64,000 bases of DNA from Candidatus Parcubacteria bacterium (GTDB taxonomy: Bacteria; Patescibacteriota; Minisyncoccia; Phycocordibacterales; CAIJYI01): NCBI GenBank assembly GCA_026395595.1, contig JAPLYL010000004.1:8086-72085 (forward strand), read 5' to 3'. Positions 18,947-27,570 of this stretch are shown piece after piece. The notes under the pieces were generated by a model that made no database searches, had not been told where the DNA came from, and worked only from the letters and a program-made list of their open reading frames with translations. A program made the position numbers and the translations under genes. Within the stretch, counting starts at the first letter, position 1, and every line of letters starts with the position of its first letter.

Positions 18947-19020
18947 TTTGTGTCTCCTCTTTTGCCCGCAATAGCTCGTAGAGAGCGATGGCAGGTTTTG
19001 TTGTGTGAAAATCTTTGCTT

Positions 19021-19049
19021 ATTATATACAGGTTTTAGTATATTGTCAA
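19021..19049 (-). promoter_or_regulatory. Consensus sigma70 promoter for 18740-18946
   Basis: TTGACA-17 bp-TATAAT on the minus strand. Confidence 0.75.
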
Positions 19050-19080
19050 TACCAGACTCTTGTGGTACCATAAACTTCTT

Positions 19081-20079
19081 ATGGAGCTTTCCAAAATACA
19101 GGAATTATTGGCGGGGGAACCGAAATACCGGTTGACGCAGGTCAATCAGGCTGTTTTTGGTGAATTGACGGAAGATTGGAATACGGTAACCGGATTACCG
19201 AAAGCTCTTCGCGAAAAATTGCAGGCGGAATGTCCTCTTGATATTTCTTCGGAGGTTTCCGTTTCTTCGGATAAAGATACAGTAAAAGCCCTCCTTAAAC
19301 TTTCCGACGGGAAATTCATAGAAACGGTTTTGATGCGCCACGAAGACGGACGGAACACTGTCTGCGTATCCTCCATGGTCGGATGTCCGATGAAGTGCGC
19401 TTTTTGCGCGACGGGAGAAATGGGTTTGATGCGAAAATTGACCGCTGATGAAATCATTACGCAGGTTTTGTTTTTTGCGCGTCTTTTAAAGAAAGAGAAT
19501 GAACGGGTCGGAAGCGCTGTCTTTATGGGGATGGGTGAACCGTTTTTGAATTATGATAACGTTATGAAAGCCGTTCGCGTCATGAACAGACCCGAAGGTT
19601 TCGGTATTGGCGCACGGCATATTTCCATTTCCACTTGCGGAATTTTTGAGGGGATAAAAAAACTTTCCGAAGAAGATTTGGCGCTCAATCTGGCGATTTC
19701 TCTCCATGCTTCAAATGATGAAGTCCGAGAAAAACTGATGCCGGTAGCGCATGGATATGCCATCAAAGAACTTCTTGCGGTCATTGATGAATACATCGCC
19801 AAAACAAAAAGAAAAGTTATGTTTGAATACCTTATGATCAACGGAGTGAATGATACCGATAAAATGGCAGAGGAACTTGCCAGACTTCTGAAAAAGAAAC
19901 TTTGCGTGGTAAACCTGATACAGTACAACGACACGGGAAGTTTCATTGCTTCTTCGCACAATAGAATGAACCGTTTCAAAGAAATTCTTGAAAAGAACAG
20001 CGTGCCGGCGACGATGCGCTATCGTTTCGGTCGGGATATTAAAGGCGCGTGCGGACAGCTCGCGACCGGAAGAAATTAA
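19081..20079 (+). CDS. rlmN: Radical SAM 23S rRNA m2A2503 methyltransferase
   Basis: CVSSMVGCPMKCAFC, FMGMGEP, SLHA, ACGQL. Confidence 0.95.
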   Translation: MELSKIQELLAGEPKYRLTQVNQAVFGELTEDWNTVTGLPKALREKLQAECPLDISSEVSVSSDKDTVKALLKLSDGKFIETVLMRHEDGRNTVCVSSMVGCPMKCAFCATGEMGLMRKLTADEIITQVLFFARLLKKENERVGSAVFMGMGEPFLNYDNVMKAVRVMNRPEGFGIGARHISISTCGIFEGIKKLSEEDLALNLAISLHASNDEVREKLMPVAHGYAIKELLAVIDEYIAKTKRKVMFEYLMINGVNDTDKMAEELARLLKKKLCVVNLIQYNDTGSFIASSHNRMNRFKEILEKNSVPATMRYRFGRDIKGACGQLATGRN

Positions 20080-20087
20080 AATGTCCT

Positions 20088-20096
20088 TGTGGATAA
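20088..20096. promoter_or_regulatory. Perfect DnaA box upstream of nrdAB
   Basis: TGTGGATAA (= TTATCCACA). Confidence 0.5.
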
Positions 20097-20332
20097 CTTT
20101 TAAGAAAGCCCGTTTTTTATGGGTAAAACACACTGACAAAAAGTTGGCGTGTTTTTATTTCCTCGTGATATAATAAGTATTCAAACTTCCATTTAAACCA
20201 TTAGAAATAATCTCTTCCCAAAGAGTCTCTCGCTAAAACTATACAAAAAAAGAACATTTTCCATTCTCACCGATAAAGAAAGCGATTTCTTTACCAGGTT
20301 TCTATTCGGCACTAAAAATTTAATAAAATCGT

Positions 20333-23083
20333 ATGATAAAAAACATCAAAAAACGCGATGGCGCGCTGGCTTTATTTGATACATCCAAAATAATGGCGGC
20401 TTTGGAAAAGTCGTTTCTTGGAACAGGAACGGAGATTGCTAAAGAAGATCTTTGTATGCTGTCTGACGGAATCGTAAACGCTTTGGAGGAGACTTTTGGG
20501 GAAACAAAAATTCCCAGCGTGGAAGATATTCAAAATATGGCGGAAAAAATACTGATGGAAGCGGAACACTATGAGGTGGCGAAAGCTTATATCCTCTATC
20601 GCAATGAAAGAGAAAAAAAGCGAGCGGAAAAAGACGAAGTAATCGAAATCACAGTAACAAAAAGCAGTGGCAAAAAAGAAAAGTTTTCTCTGGAGAAGAT
20701 ACGGAAAAATCTCCGATATTTCATAAGAGAAGAAGAGGAATCCATTGATACTGATGCGGTCGTCGCTCAATGCCAGAATGAAGTATATGACGGGATTACC
20801 ACGGAAGAAGTTCGGCGCGCTCTCATTATGGTCGTGCGTTCCATGATAGAGATTGACCCAGCCTATTCAAAACTCGCCGCACGTCTGCTTTTGGATAAAA
20901 TTTACCGAGAAGTATTCGGTATGGGTTTTCGATACGAAAATATCGCGGACGAACACAAAAAAGTATTTTCCCGAAACATAAAAAATGCCGTGGCCAATGG
21001 TTTTTTGGACGAACGCATGTTGGCTTTTGATACGGAGAAGCTTTCAGAAACTTTCCATCAAGAAAATGATTATTTCTTTGAATATATGGGGCTTGAGATC
21101 CTTTCTTCGCGGTATTTAATGGAAGATACTGAGACGAAAAAAATTATGGAAACCCCGCAGATGTTTTGGATGCGTGTTGCTATGGGGACGGCCATGAACG
21201 AAAAAGAAGAAGACCGCGAACGGGTGGTGGCGGAATTTTACGAAGTCCTTTCTAATTTTTACTACACTCCCGGTGGAAGAACCCTCTTCCAAGCAGGAGC
21301 AAAAAAGGCGCAATTGGCCAATTGTTTTGTAAATGTCGTTCCAGATTCCTTGGACTCGATTTTCAAATCATTTTCGGATAATGCTCAATATCTTAAATGG
21401 TCGGGTGGTACTGGCACGAGTTGGACTCCGCTTCGCGCCACTGGCGCTCCGATAAAAGGAACGGGGGTAAACAGTCAGGGGATCATTCCTTTTTTAAAGA
21501 TAGCCAACGATGTAAATGTGGCCATCAACCGCAGCGGAAAACGGCGAGGCGCAGGATGCGTATATCTCGAGACATGGCATCTTGATATTGAGGACTTTCT
21601 GGAACTCCGAAAAAATACCGGAGATGAACGCCGTCGCACTCATGATATCAATACCGCGAATTGGGTCCCGGATCTTTTTATGAAACGGGTCAGAGACGGC
21701 GGGCAGTGGACTCTTTTTTCTCCTCATGAAGTGCCGGAACTGCATGAAATTTACGGAGCGAGGTTTGAAAAAAAATATGTTGAATATGAAAGAATGGCGG
21801 ATGAAGGAAAAATAAAAATGTCAAAACGTTTGCCGGCCGCCGACCTTTGGAAAAAAATGCTCGCCATGCTTTTTGAAACGGGTCATCCGTGGATTACGTG
21901 GAAAGATCCTTGCAACATTCGTTCTCCTCAAGACCATGTCGGAACAGTGCATAGTTCCAACCTTTGTACGGAAATCACTCTTAACACTTCTTCGGATGAA
22001 ACGGCGGTGTGTACTTTGGGTTCTTTGAATTTTGCCAAATTTATAACGAATGGTAAGCTTGATAACGAATTGATTGGAAAGGTTGTTAAAAGCGCCGTCA
22101 GGATGCTGGACAATGTGATAGATATCAACTTTTATCCGACAGAAGATGCGGAAAAAGGGAGCATGAGGCATCGTCCGGTCGGCCTCGGAATACGAGGATA
22201 TCATGACGCGCTCTATCTGCTCGGTATTCCTTTTGCCTCCAAGGAAGCTGTTGACTTCGCTGATGAATCAATGGAGATTGTTTCCTATTATGCCATTCTC
22301 GCGTCTTCGGAACTTGCGCGCGAACGCGGAACTTATTCAACCTATGCCGGTTCAAAATGGGAGAGGAATATCTTTCCCGAGGATACCATTGATCTTTTGC
22401 AAAAAGAGAGAGGTGAAGAAATCCCCATTCTTCGCGGAGGAAAACTTGATTGGACTCCAGTGCGAGCTTCTGTGAAAAAAAACGGAATGAGAAACTCAAA
22501 TGTTATGGCTATCGCCCCGACTGCTAGTACTGCGAATCTTGTCGGGTGTATTCCTTGCGTTGAGCCGATTTACAAAAACATTTATGTGAAGTCAAACAAA
22601 GAAGGGGATTTCATTGTGGTGAATAAGTATCTGGTGGAAGATCTCAAATCGCTGGGGCTTTGGGACAAAAAGATGCTGAATAAAATAAAATATCACGACG
22701 GTTCCATTCAAGAGATTGAGGATATCCCCGATGAGATAAAGATAAAACATAAGGAAGTTTTTGAGATCGGACAGCGTTGGATTGTGGAGGCGGCGGCTCG
22801 GCGCGCGAAATGGATAGATCAGTCGCAATCCATCAATATCTTTTTTAATGGAACATCTGGGCGCGAACTTTCGGAGATCTACTTTTACGCGTGGAAACAC
22901 GGACTCAAGACGACGTATTATCTTCGTACGCTCAGCGCTTCTCAGGTGGAAAAATCTACGATTAGTACAGCGGAGTTCGGTTCAACACACAATCGCAAAC
23001 GTTCCGATACGACGACAGAAGAACATCTGAAAAAAGTCGCGAGCGGCGAAGCGGTCGGACTCTGTGAATCTTGCGAGGGTTAG
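20333..23083 (+). CDS. nrdA: Class I ribonucleotide reductase alpha subunit with two ATP cones
   Basis: IKKRDG and VTKSSG cone starts, NLCTEI, APTAS, DQSQS, KTTYY, C-terminal CESC. Confidence 0.95.
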   Translation: MIKNIKKRDGALALFDTSKIMAALEKSFLGTGTEIAKEDLCMLSDGIVNALEETFGETKIPSVEDIQNMAEKILMEAEHYEVAKAYILYRNEREKKRAEKDEVIEITVTKSSGKKEKFSLEKIRKNLRYFIREEEESIDTDAVVAQCQNEVYDGITTEEVRRALIMVVRSMIEIDPAYSKLAARLLLDKIYREVFGMGFRYENIADEHKKVFSRNIKNAVANGFLDERMLAFDTEKLSETFHQENDYFFEYMGLEILSSRYLMEDTETKKIMETPQMFWMRVAMGTAMNEKEEDRERVVAEFYEVLSNFYYTPGGRTLFQAGAKKAQLANCFVNVVPDSLDSIFKSFSDNAQYLKWSGGTGTSWTPLRATGAPIKGTGVNSQGIIPFLKIANDVNVAINRSGKRRGAGCVYLETWHLDIEDFLELRKNTGDERRRTHDINTANWVPDLFMKRVRDGGQWTLFSPHEVPELHEIYGARFEKKYVEYERMADEGKIKMSKRLPAADLWKKMLAMLFETGHPWITWKDPCNIRSPQDHVGTVHSSNLCTEITLNTSSDETAVCTLGSLNFAKFITNGKLDNELIGKVVKSAVRMLDNVIDINFYPTEDAEKGSMRHRPVGLGIRGYHDALYLLGIPFASKEAVDFADESMEIVSYYAILASSELARERGTYSTYAGSKWERNIFPEDTIDLLQKERGEEIPILRGGKLDWTPVRASVKKNGMRNSNVMAIAPTASTANLVGCIPCVEPIYKNIYVKSNKEGDFIVVNKYLVEDLKSLGLWDKKMLNKIKYHDGSIQEIEDIPDEIKIKHKEVFEIGQRWIVEAAARRAKWIDQSQSINIFFNGTSGRELSEIYFYAWKHGLKTTYYLRTLSASQVEKSTISTAEFGSTHNRKRSDTTTEEHLKKVASGEAVGLCESCEG

Positions 23084-23090
23084 CCGTTCG

Positions 23091-23128
23091 TAACTTTCAA
23101 CTTTTTACTTTTAACTTTCAACTTTCAA
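23091..23128 (+). repeat. Tandem heptamer repeat (YWACTTT)x5
   Basis: taacttt caacttt ttacttt taacttt caacttt caa. Confidence 0.85.
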
Positions 23129-23129
23129 T

Positions 23130-24164
23130 ATGTCCATACAAATAAACGCCAAGCCGGTAGACATCAACCAGCGCCGGATCATTAACGGAAAAGATGCCGA
23201 TGTCATGCAGTTGTATCCCATGCGCCACACCTTTGCGTGGGACGCTTACGGAGTGGGGAATGCCAACCATTGGCTTCCGACGGAGATTGGAATGCAGAAA
23301 GACATTGAACAATGGAGGTCTCCGACCGCGCTTTCTGCTGATGAACGGCAAGCGTTTGAAACGGTGCTCGGATTTTTTACGACCGCCGACTCCATTGCCG
23401 CCAACAATGTCGTGCTGGCGTTGTACAAGCATGTCACTTCTCCTGAAGTGCGCATGTACTTGCTTCGGCAGGGATACGAAGAAGCGATACACACCCATGC
23501 GTATCAATATATCGTAGAGTCTTTGGGGTTGGATGAAGCGAAGATATTCAACATGTACCGAGAAGTGGAAGCCATCTATAAAAAAGATGATCTCGTGCTT
23601 TCTTTGAATGAAGGAATTTTTGACCCGCTCTACAAAACGGGGACGTTTGAAAACGACCAGAAATTCTTGGAGAATTGGGCGGTCTTCGCTCTCGTCATGG
23701 AGGGAATTTTCTTTTACAGTTCTTTTGCCGTTATGTTTGGTTTTCAGCGTCAGAACAAGATGGTCGGTGCCGCGGAACAGATACAATACATTATGCGCGA
23801 TGAATCCCAGCATTTGAATTTCGGTATCAATATCGTGAATACCATAAAGGAGGAACAACCGGAACTCTGGACGCAAGAATTTCAAGATCATTTGGTGGAT
23901 ATCATTCGCCGCGCGGTCGTTTTGGAATATACGTTCGCGAAAGAAGTTTTCCCGAAAGGAATTTTCGGAATGAACGCAGTGGGCTTCAAACAATATATTG
24001 AATACATTGCCGACAGAAGACTGGAACGGGTCGGTTTGCCGATTCAGTACCATGTGGAAAATCCTTTTCCTTGGATGAGTGAGGCGATAGATATTTCAAA
24101 AGAAAAGAACTTTTTTGAGACGAGGGTGACGGAATACAAAGTGGGCGGACAATTGGAGTGGTAA
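23130..24164 (+). CDS. nrdB: Class Ia ribonucleotide reductase beta subunit
   Basis: ADS, EEAIHTHAY (radical Tyr), EGIFFYSSF, RDESQH, NFFETRV. Confidence 0.95.
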   Translation: MSIQINAKPVDINQRRIINGKDADVMQLYPMRHTFAWDAYGVGNANHWLPTEIGMQKDIEQWRSPTALSADERQAFETVLGFFTTADSIAANNVVLALYKHVTSPEVRMYLLRQGYEEAIHTHAYQYIVESLGLDEAKIFNMYREVEAIYKKDDLVLSLNEGIFDPLYKTGTFENDQKFLENWAVFALVMEGIFFYSSFAVMFGFQRQNKMVGAAEQIQYIMRDESQHLNFGINIVNTIKEEQPELWTQEFQDHLVDIIRRAVVLEYTFAKEVFPKGIFGMNAVGFKQYIEYIADRRLERVGLPIQYHVENPFPWMSEAIDISKEKNFFETRVTEYKVGGQLEW

Positions 24165-24168
24165 AAAT

Positions 24169-24203
24169 AAAAACACTTGGCGGTGAAACCGCCAAGTGTT
24201 TTT
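24169..24203. repeat. REP-like hairpin / bidirectional terminator, copy 1
   Basis: CACTTGGCGGTGAAACCGCCAAGTG, identical at 34927-34951. Confidence 0.85.
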
Positions 24204-24216
24204 TGCTGTTCATCCC

Positions 24217-25404
24217 TTAAGCAACAAGTAAACCGGCAAAACTCAAAATGGAAACAGCAAGCAATGATAGGGCGAGTCGGATAGCGAATTTTCTCGTGCC
24301 CTGAATATAAGAATACACCATTTTGCTGACGAGATTAGTCGTATTGACCAGTAAGAATGTCAGAACGGCAAATTGCAAATTTACGCAGGTAATGAGAATC
24401 GCAAAACGAAGCGCTGATTCCAAAGAAAAGATTTTGAAGTCTTTGATACCGTGTTCTTTCTCGTGCAGTTCCGGCTCCTCTTTTTTGAGAAAATAAATAG
24501 CGAGAAGTCCTGCTGTGACGACCATGATAACCAAACTCGGAAGCAAGGAAATAAGCCATTTGCCGTTTAAGGGGCCTGCAAGGAGAAATACTTGCAGGAA
24601 GCTTGCCATATTAGAGAGAAGCGCCGCTCCGATTAAATAGTTTACGGCGGAAGTATGCTGGCTTCTTTGGGCCAGAGATTGAGTGGCAGAAGTGGAAGAA
24701 ACGAAACCGCCGATAAAACTTGCTACGGTAAAACTTTTCTTGTTGCCGATAATGCGACCGAGAATGTAGCCGAAAACGTCAATTCCTGTGATCAAAACGA
24801 CGACAATCCAAAGCTTTTGAGGATTGATAAGCTCCAAGGTTTCAAACTGTCCAAGATTGATTCCTATATTATTGAATATCTGAATGACTATCGGCATACT
24901 ATCCAGCGTATATCCGATATTCGGAAGAAAAGGCAGAATGACAAGCGAAATAATGGCGTAGGTGGTGAACGATTCTATTTCGCTGCCGGTAACGCCCGCG
25001 GCAAGTTTTTTTGTTTTTGCTTTAATGGAGAGAATAAGAACCAAAAATACGAAAAGCGCTACCACTAGCTGGAGCGGGATAATATCAAGCATGGGTAAAG
25101 CGCCGATAATAAAAGTAAAGAGAATGGAAACTTCCGTTGTCATTCCAAAATCTTTCGTAGTAAGGGAACCCATCGCGTAGTACACGATGACAATAGCAAA
25201 GAAAACCGTCGCGAGTGCGGTCGCGAGTATCGGCAAATTATTGACGTATAAAACACCGGAGATTGAACCGAGGAGCGCAATAAGCGAATAGGTGCGCATT
25301 CCGCCAGCGGAACCTTCTTTCGGTTGACTGCTTTCTCTTTCTAAACCGACGGCTGCACCGAAAAGGAGAGCCAAAACGAACTTATATGCCAAAATGGACA
25401 TCAT
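24217..25404 (-). CDS. MgtC/SapB + DUF4010 membrane protein
   Basis: GLERE..AGGMRT, GMTTE, VILPFLP, GGFVSSTSAT. Confidence 0.85.
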   Translation of the reverse strand: MMSILAYKFVLALLFGAAVGLERESSQPKEGSAGGMRTYSLIALLGSISGVLYVNNLPILATALATVFFAIVIVYYAMGSLTTKDFGMTTEVSILFTFIIGALPMLDIIPLQLVVALFVFLVLILSIKAKTKKLAAGVTGSEIESFTTYAIISLVILPFLPNIGYTLDSMPIVIQIFNNIGINLGQFETLELINPQKLWIVVVLITGIDVFGYILGRIIGNKKSFTVASFIGGFVSSTSATQSLAQRSQHTSAVNYLIGAALLSNMASFLQVFLLAGPLNGKWLISLLPSLVIMVVTAGLLAIYFLKKEEPELHEKEHGIKDFKIFSLESALRFAILITCVNLQFAVLTFLLVNTTNLVSKMVYSYIQGTRKFAIRLALSLLAVSILSFAGLLVA

Positions 25405-25476
25405 AAAAAAAAGAGGATATTGATAAAAGTTAATACTTACTATATTTTACCTTATTTCTCTCTTCTCTCCAAATTG

Positions 25477-25504
25477 TTGACAAAAAATATAATTGTGCTA
25501 TACT
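25477..25504 (+). promoter_or_regulatory. Strong sigma70 promoter
   Basis: TTGACA-16 bp-TATACT with extended -10 TG. Confidence 0.75.
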
Positions 25505-25510
25505 TACATC

Positions 25511-25819
25511 AGATAAGGGCGGTGAGCCGGACACCTCCCGAGATACAAGGTATCTCAATTCCCTCAAGTGGGAACCCGGTTAGTCTCGGAAAGCATTTCT
25601 CGGCTTAATGAGATGAAAAACGTTTACCTTTCTGCCACGTTAAGAAAGGAAGGAGATAGCCGAAAGTATTCAATCCTCAGGATATGAAAAGGTGAAAAGA
25701 CGAGGAGACGCACGCGCGGAGAATTCGTCTGAGTTCTCAAAACAAGTAAGAAGACATTGAAGTCACAAATAAGTCAATCAGGCGACAGATACACCCCCGG
25801 AACTGAGTTCCGGGGTTTT
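25511..25819 (+). ncRNA. Unclassified structured non-coding RNA candidate (~300 nt)
   Basis: Own promoter and terminator (CCCCGGAAC-tga-GTTCCGGGG-TTTT, 25795-25819), GC-richer than flanks, at least 6 hairpins, no credible ORF. Confidence 0.6.
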
Positions 25820-25886
25820 CTATTGTGACACGAAAAAGTTTTCGCCGGTAGTTTATTTTTGAAAACATGGCGGTATAATTCTTTTT

Positions 25887-27257
25887 ATGAAAAAAATACT
25901 TTTTGCCGTTTTGTTTTTTGCGCCCGCTTTTGCGTTTGCGGACGTGAGAATAAATGAGATTGCTTGGATGGGGGATCTTGTTTCCTCTGATCATGAATGG
26001 ATTGAGTTATATAATGACAACGATGCATCACAAGATTTGTCCGGGTGGAAATTTTTTGGTATTGACTCGTCCGATTCAACAAAAGAGAAATTTTCATTTT
26101 CCTTATCCGGATCAATTTCTGGAAAGGGGTACTTTTTGATCGAGAGTAAAAGGACATTAAAGGACCTTTCTCCTTATCTTGCTTCCGATATTGCTCCTGT
26201 TACATTTTCTTTGGTGAATACAGGGGAAGTCCTTTTGTTAAAAAATGCTGATGGTTCAAAAATAGATGAAGTAAAGCCTTCATTAAAAACAAAATGGGAC
26301 AAAGGAAATAATACCACTAAAGAAACCATGCAGTGGAACGGTTCTCAATGGATTGAAGCAACTCCAACACCAAGATTAAAAAATAAAATGGTTGATACCG
26401 TTGTCATTCCAAAAATAGAAACGGAGGCAAAAACCGATTCTTCTTCTGTTTCAAACAATTCTGGCACTTCCGCTCATGAAAGCCCTCTTCCTTTGAGCGA
26501 TTTTTCTCAAAAGCAGGAATTGTCGGTTTCCGCTGGAAGAAATCGTATCACAGCGGTAGGGAATTCGGTTGTTTTTGAAACCTATGCGGTGGATGCAAAA
26601 GGAGGAAAAGCGCAGAATGTTTCTTCTTTGTGGTCATTCGGGGACGGGCTGCAAGCCGGCGGCTCAAAGGTCTCGCATGTCTACAAATATCCCGGAGACT
26701 ATGCTGTGGTTTTGAATGTTATGTCGGGCGAAAATCAAGCGGTATCGCGCGCGGAAGTGAAAGTTTTTTCTCCGGAAATTTCTTTTGAAATGGCAGAGGA
26801 TGGGACGATTTTTTTGGTCAATAATTCTTCGTATGAATTGAATATCGGCGGCTGGAAAATTACAGGAACGACGGGAAATTTTGTTATCGCTCCTGATACT
26901 ATTATAGAAGCGGGGAAGAAAATAATTTTTTCAAAAGTGATCACGGGGATTGATTTTTCTCTGTGCCAAGCGGTTGATCTTTTGTCGGGTGATGGAATGA
27001 TTGTTTCAAGTTTTGCGAAAGTTCAAAAAGTGATAATGCCGGTCGCAACAACACTAATAGAAATTCCTGTTGTTGCTGAAAAAAAGATTGAGCCGGTTGT
27101 CTCTATTGCTCCCGTTGTTTCAAAACTGAAAACAGAAACTGCCGCGGCAATAATCTCCGTTCCCACTCTTGAAAAAGAAAAAACAATGCCGGCGCAAAAG
27201 ATTACTCTCAAAAAACCGGACGGATTTTTCACAAAAATTTGGAAAATGTTTTTTTAG
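25887..27257 (+). CDS. Secreted lamin-tail-domain + PKD-domain protein
   Basis: Signal peptide, INEIAW..EWIELYN (LTD), WSFGDG..HVYKYPG (PKD), second LTD-like NIGGWK. Confidence 0.8.
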   Translation: MKKILFAVLFFAPAFAFADVRINEIAWMGDLVSSDHEWIELYNDNDASQDLSGWKFFGIDSSDSTKEKFSFSLSGSISGKGYFLIESKRTLKDLSPYLASDIAPVTFSLVNTGEVLLLKNADGSKIDEVKPSLKTKWDKGNNTTKETMQWNGSQWIEATPTPRLKNKMVDTVVIPKIETEAKTDSSSVSNNSGTSAHESPLPLSDFSQKQELSVSAGRNRITAVGNSVVFETYAVDAKGGKAQNVSSLWSFGDGLQAGGSKVSHVYKYPGDYAVVLNVMSGENQAVSRAEVKVFSPEISFEMAEDGTIFLVNNSSYELNIGGWKITGTTGNFVIAPDTIIEAGKKIIFSKVITGIDFSLCQAVDLLSGDGMIVSSFAKVQKVIMPVATTLIEIPVVAEKKIEPVVSIAPVVSKLKTETAAAIISVPTLEKEKTMPAQKITLKKPDGFFTKIWKMFF

Positions 27258-27570
27258 AAGACATAAACTTTAAAAAACCTCGCAGATGCGAGGTTTTTCT
27301 TTTGTCTGTTTTTTTGTGAAAACAGAAAGTTTGACGGTTCGCAACTATGCTGTTTTCTGAAATACCTGAACAGAGCCGTATTTTGGAAAAGTTTGCCAAA
27401 ATATGAAAAAAAGTTTCTTGCGGTGTGTTGAAAAACATTTCGTTTTTTATTGACGGGTCAAAATAAAGAGAATAGTCTTTTTCGTACGCATAAATCGTTT
27501 TTTTAACGCGCGTATTTTTATATCGTAAACTTTTATTAGAAATTTATTAACTCGTTTAGTACAAAGAATT

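Noticed and set aside
20100-20332. NrdR boxes or a riboswitch upstream of nrdA
   Set aside because: No convincing ACACWATATATWGTG-like pair or conserved aptamer visible
23118-24053. Long antisense ORF (311 aa); likewise 14266-15129, 45605-46471, 9256-9978 and 34144-34929
   Set aside because: Shadow ORFs opposite well-supported genes, with no recognisable motifs
23130-24164. Class Ic (Mn/Fe, Tyr-less) RNR beta
   Set aside because: First metal ligand is Asp (ADS) and the radical Tyr (HTHAY) is present, consistent with class Ia
25511-25819. Cobalamin riboswitch, RNase P, tmRNA or raiA identity for the RNA
   Set aside because: Only scattered short matches (GGGAA.CCGG, GCCAC, CGGCTTA) in the wrong order or spacing; no B12 box, GAGGAAAGUCC or tRNA-like ends
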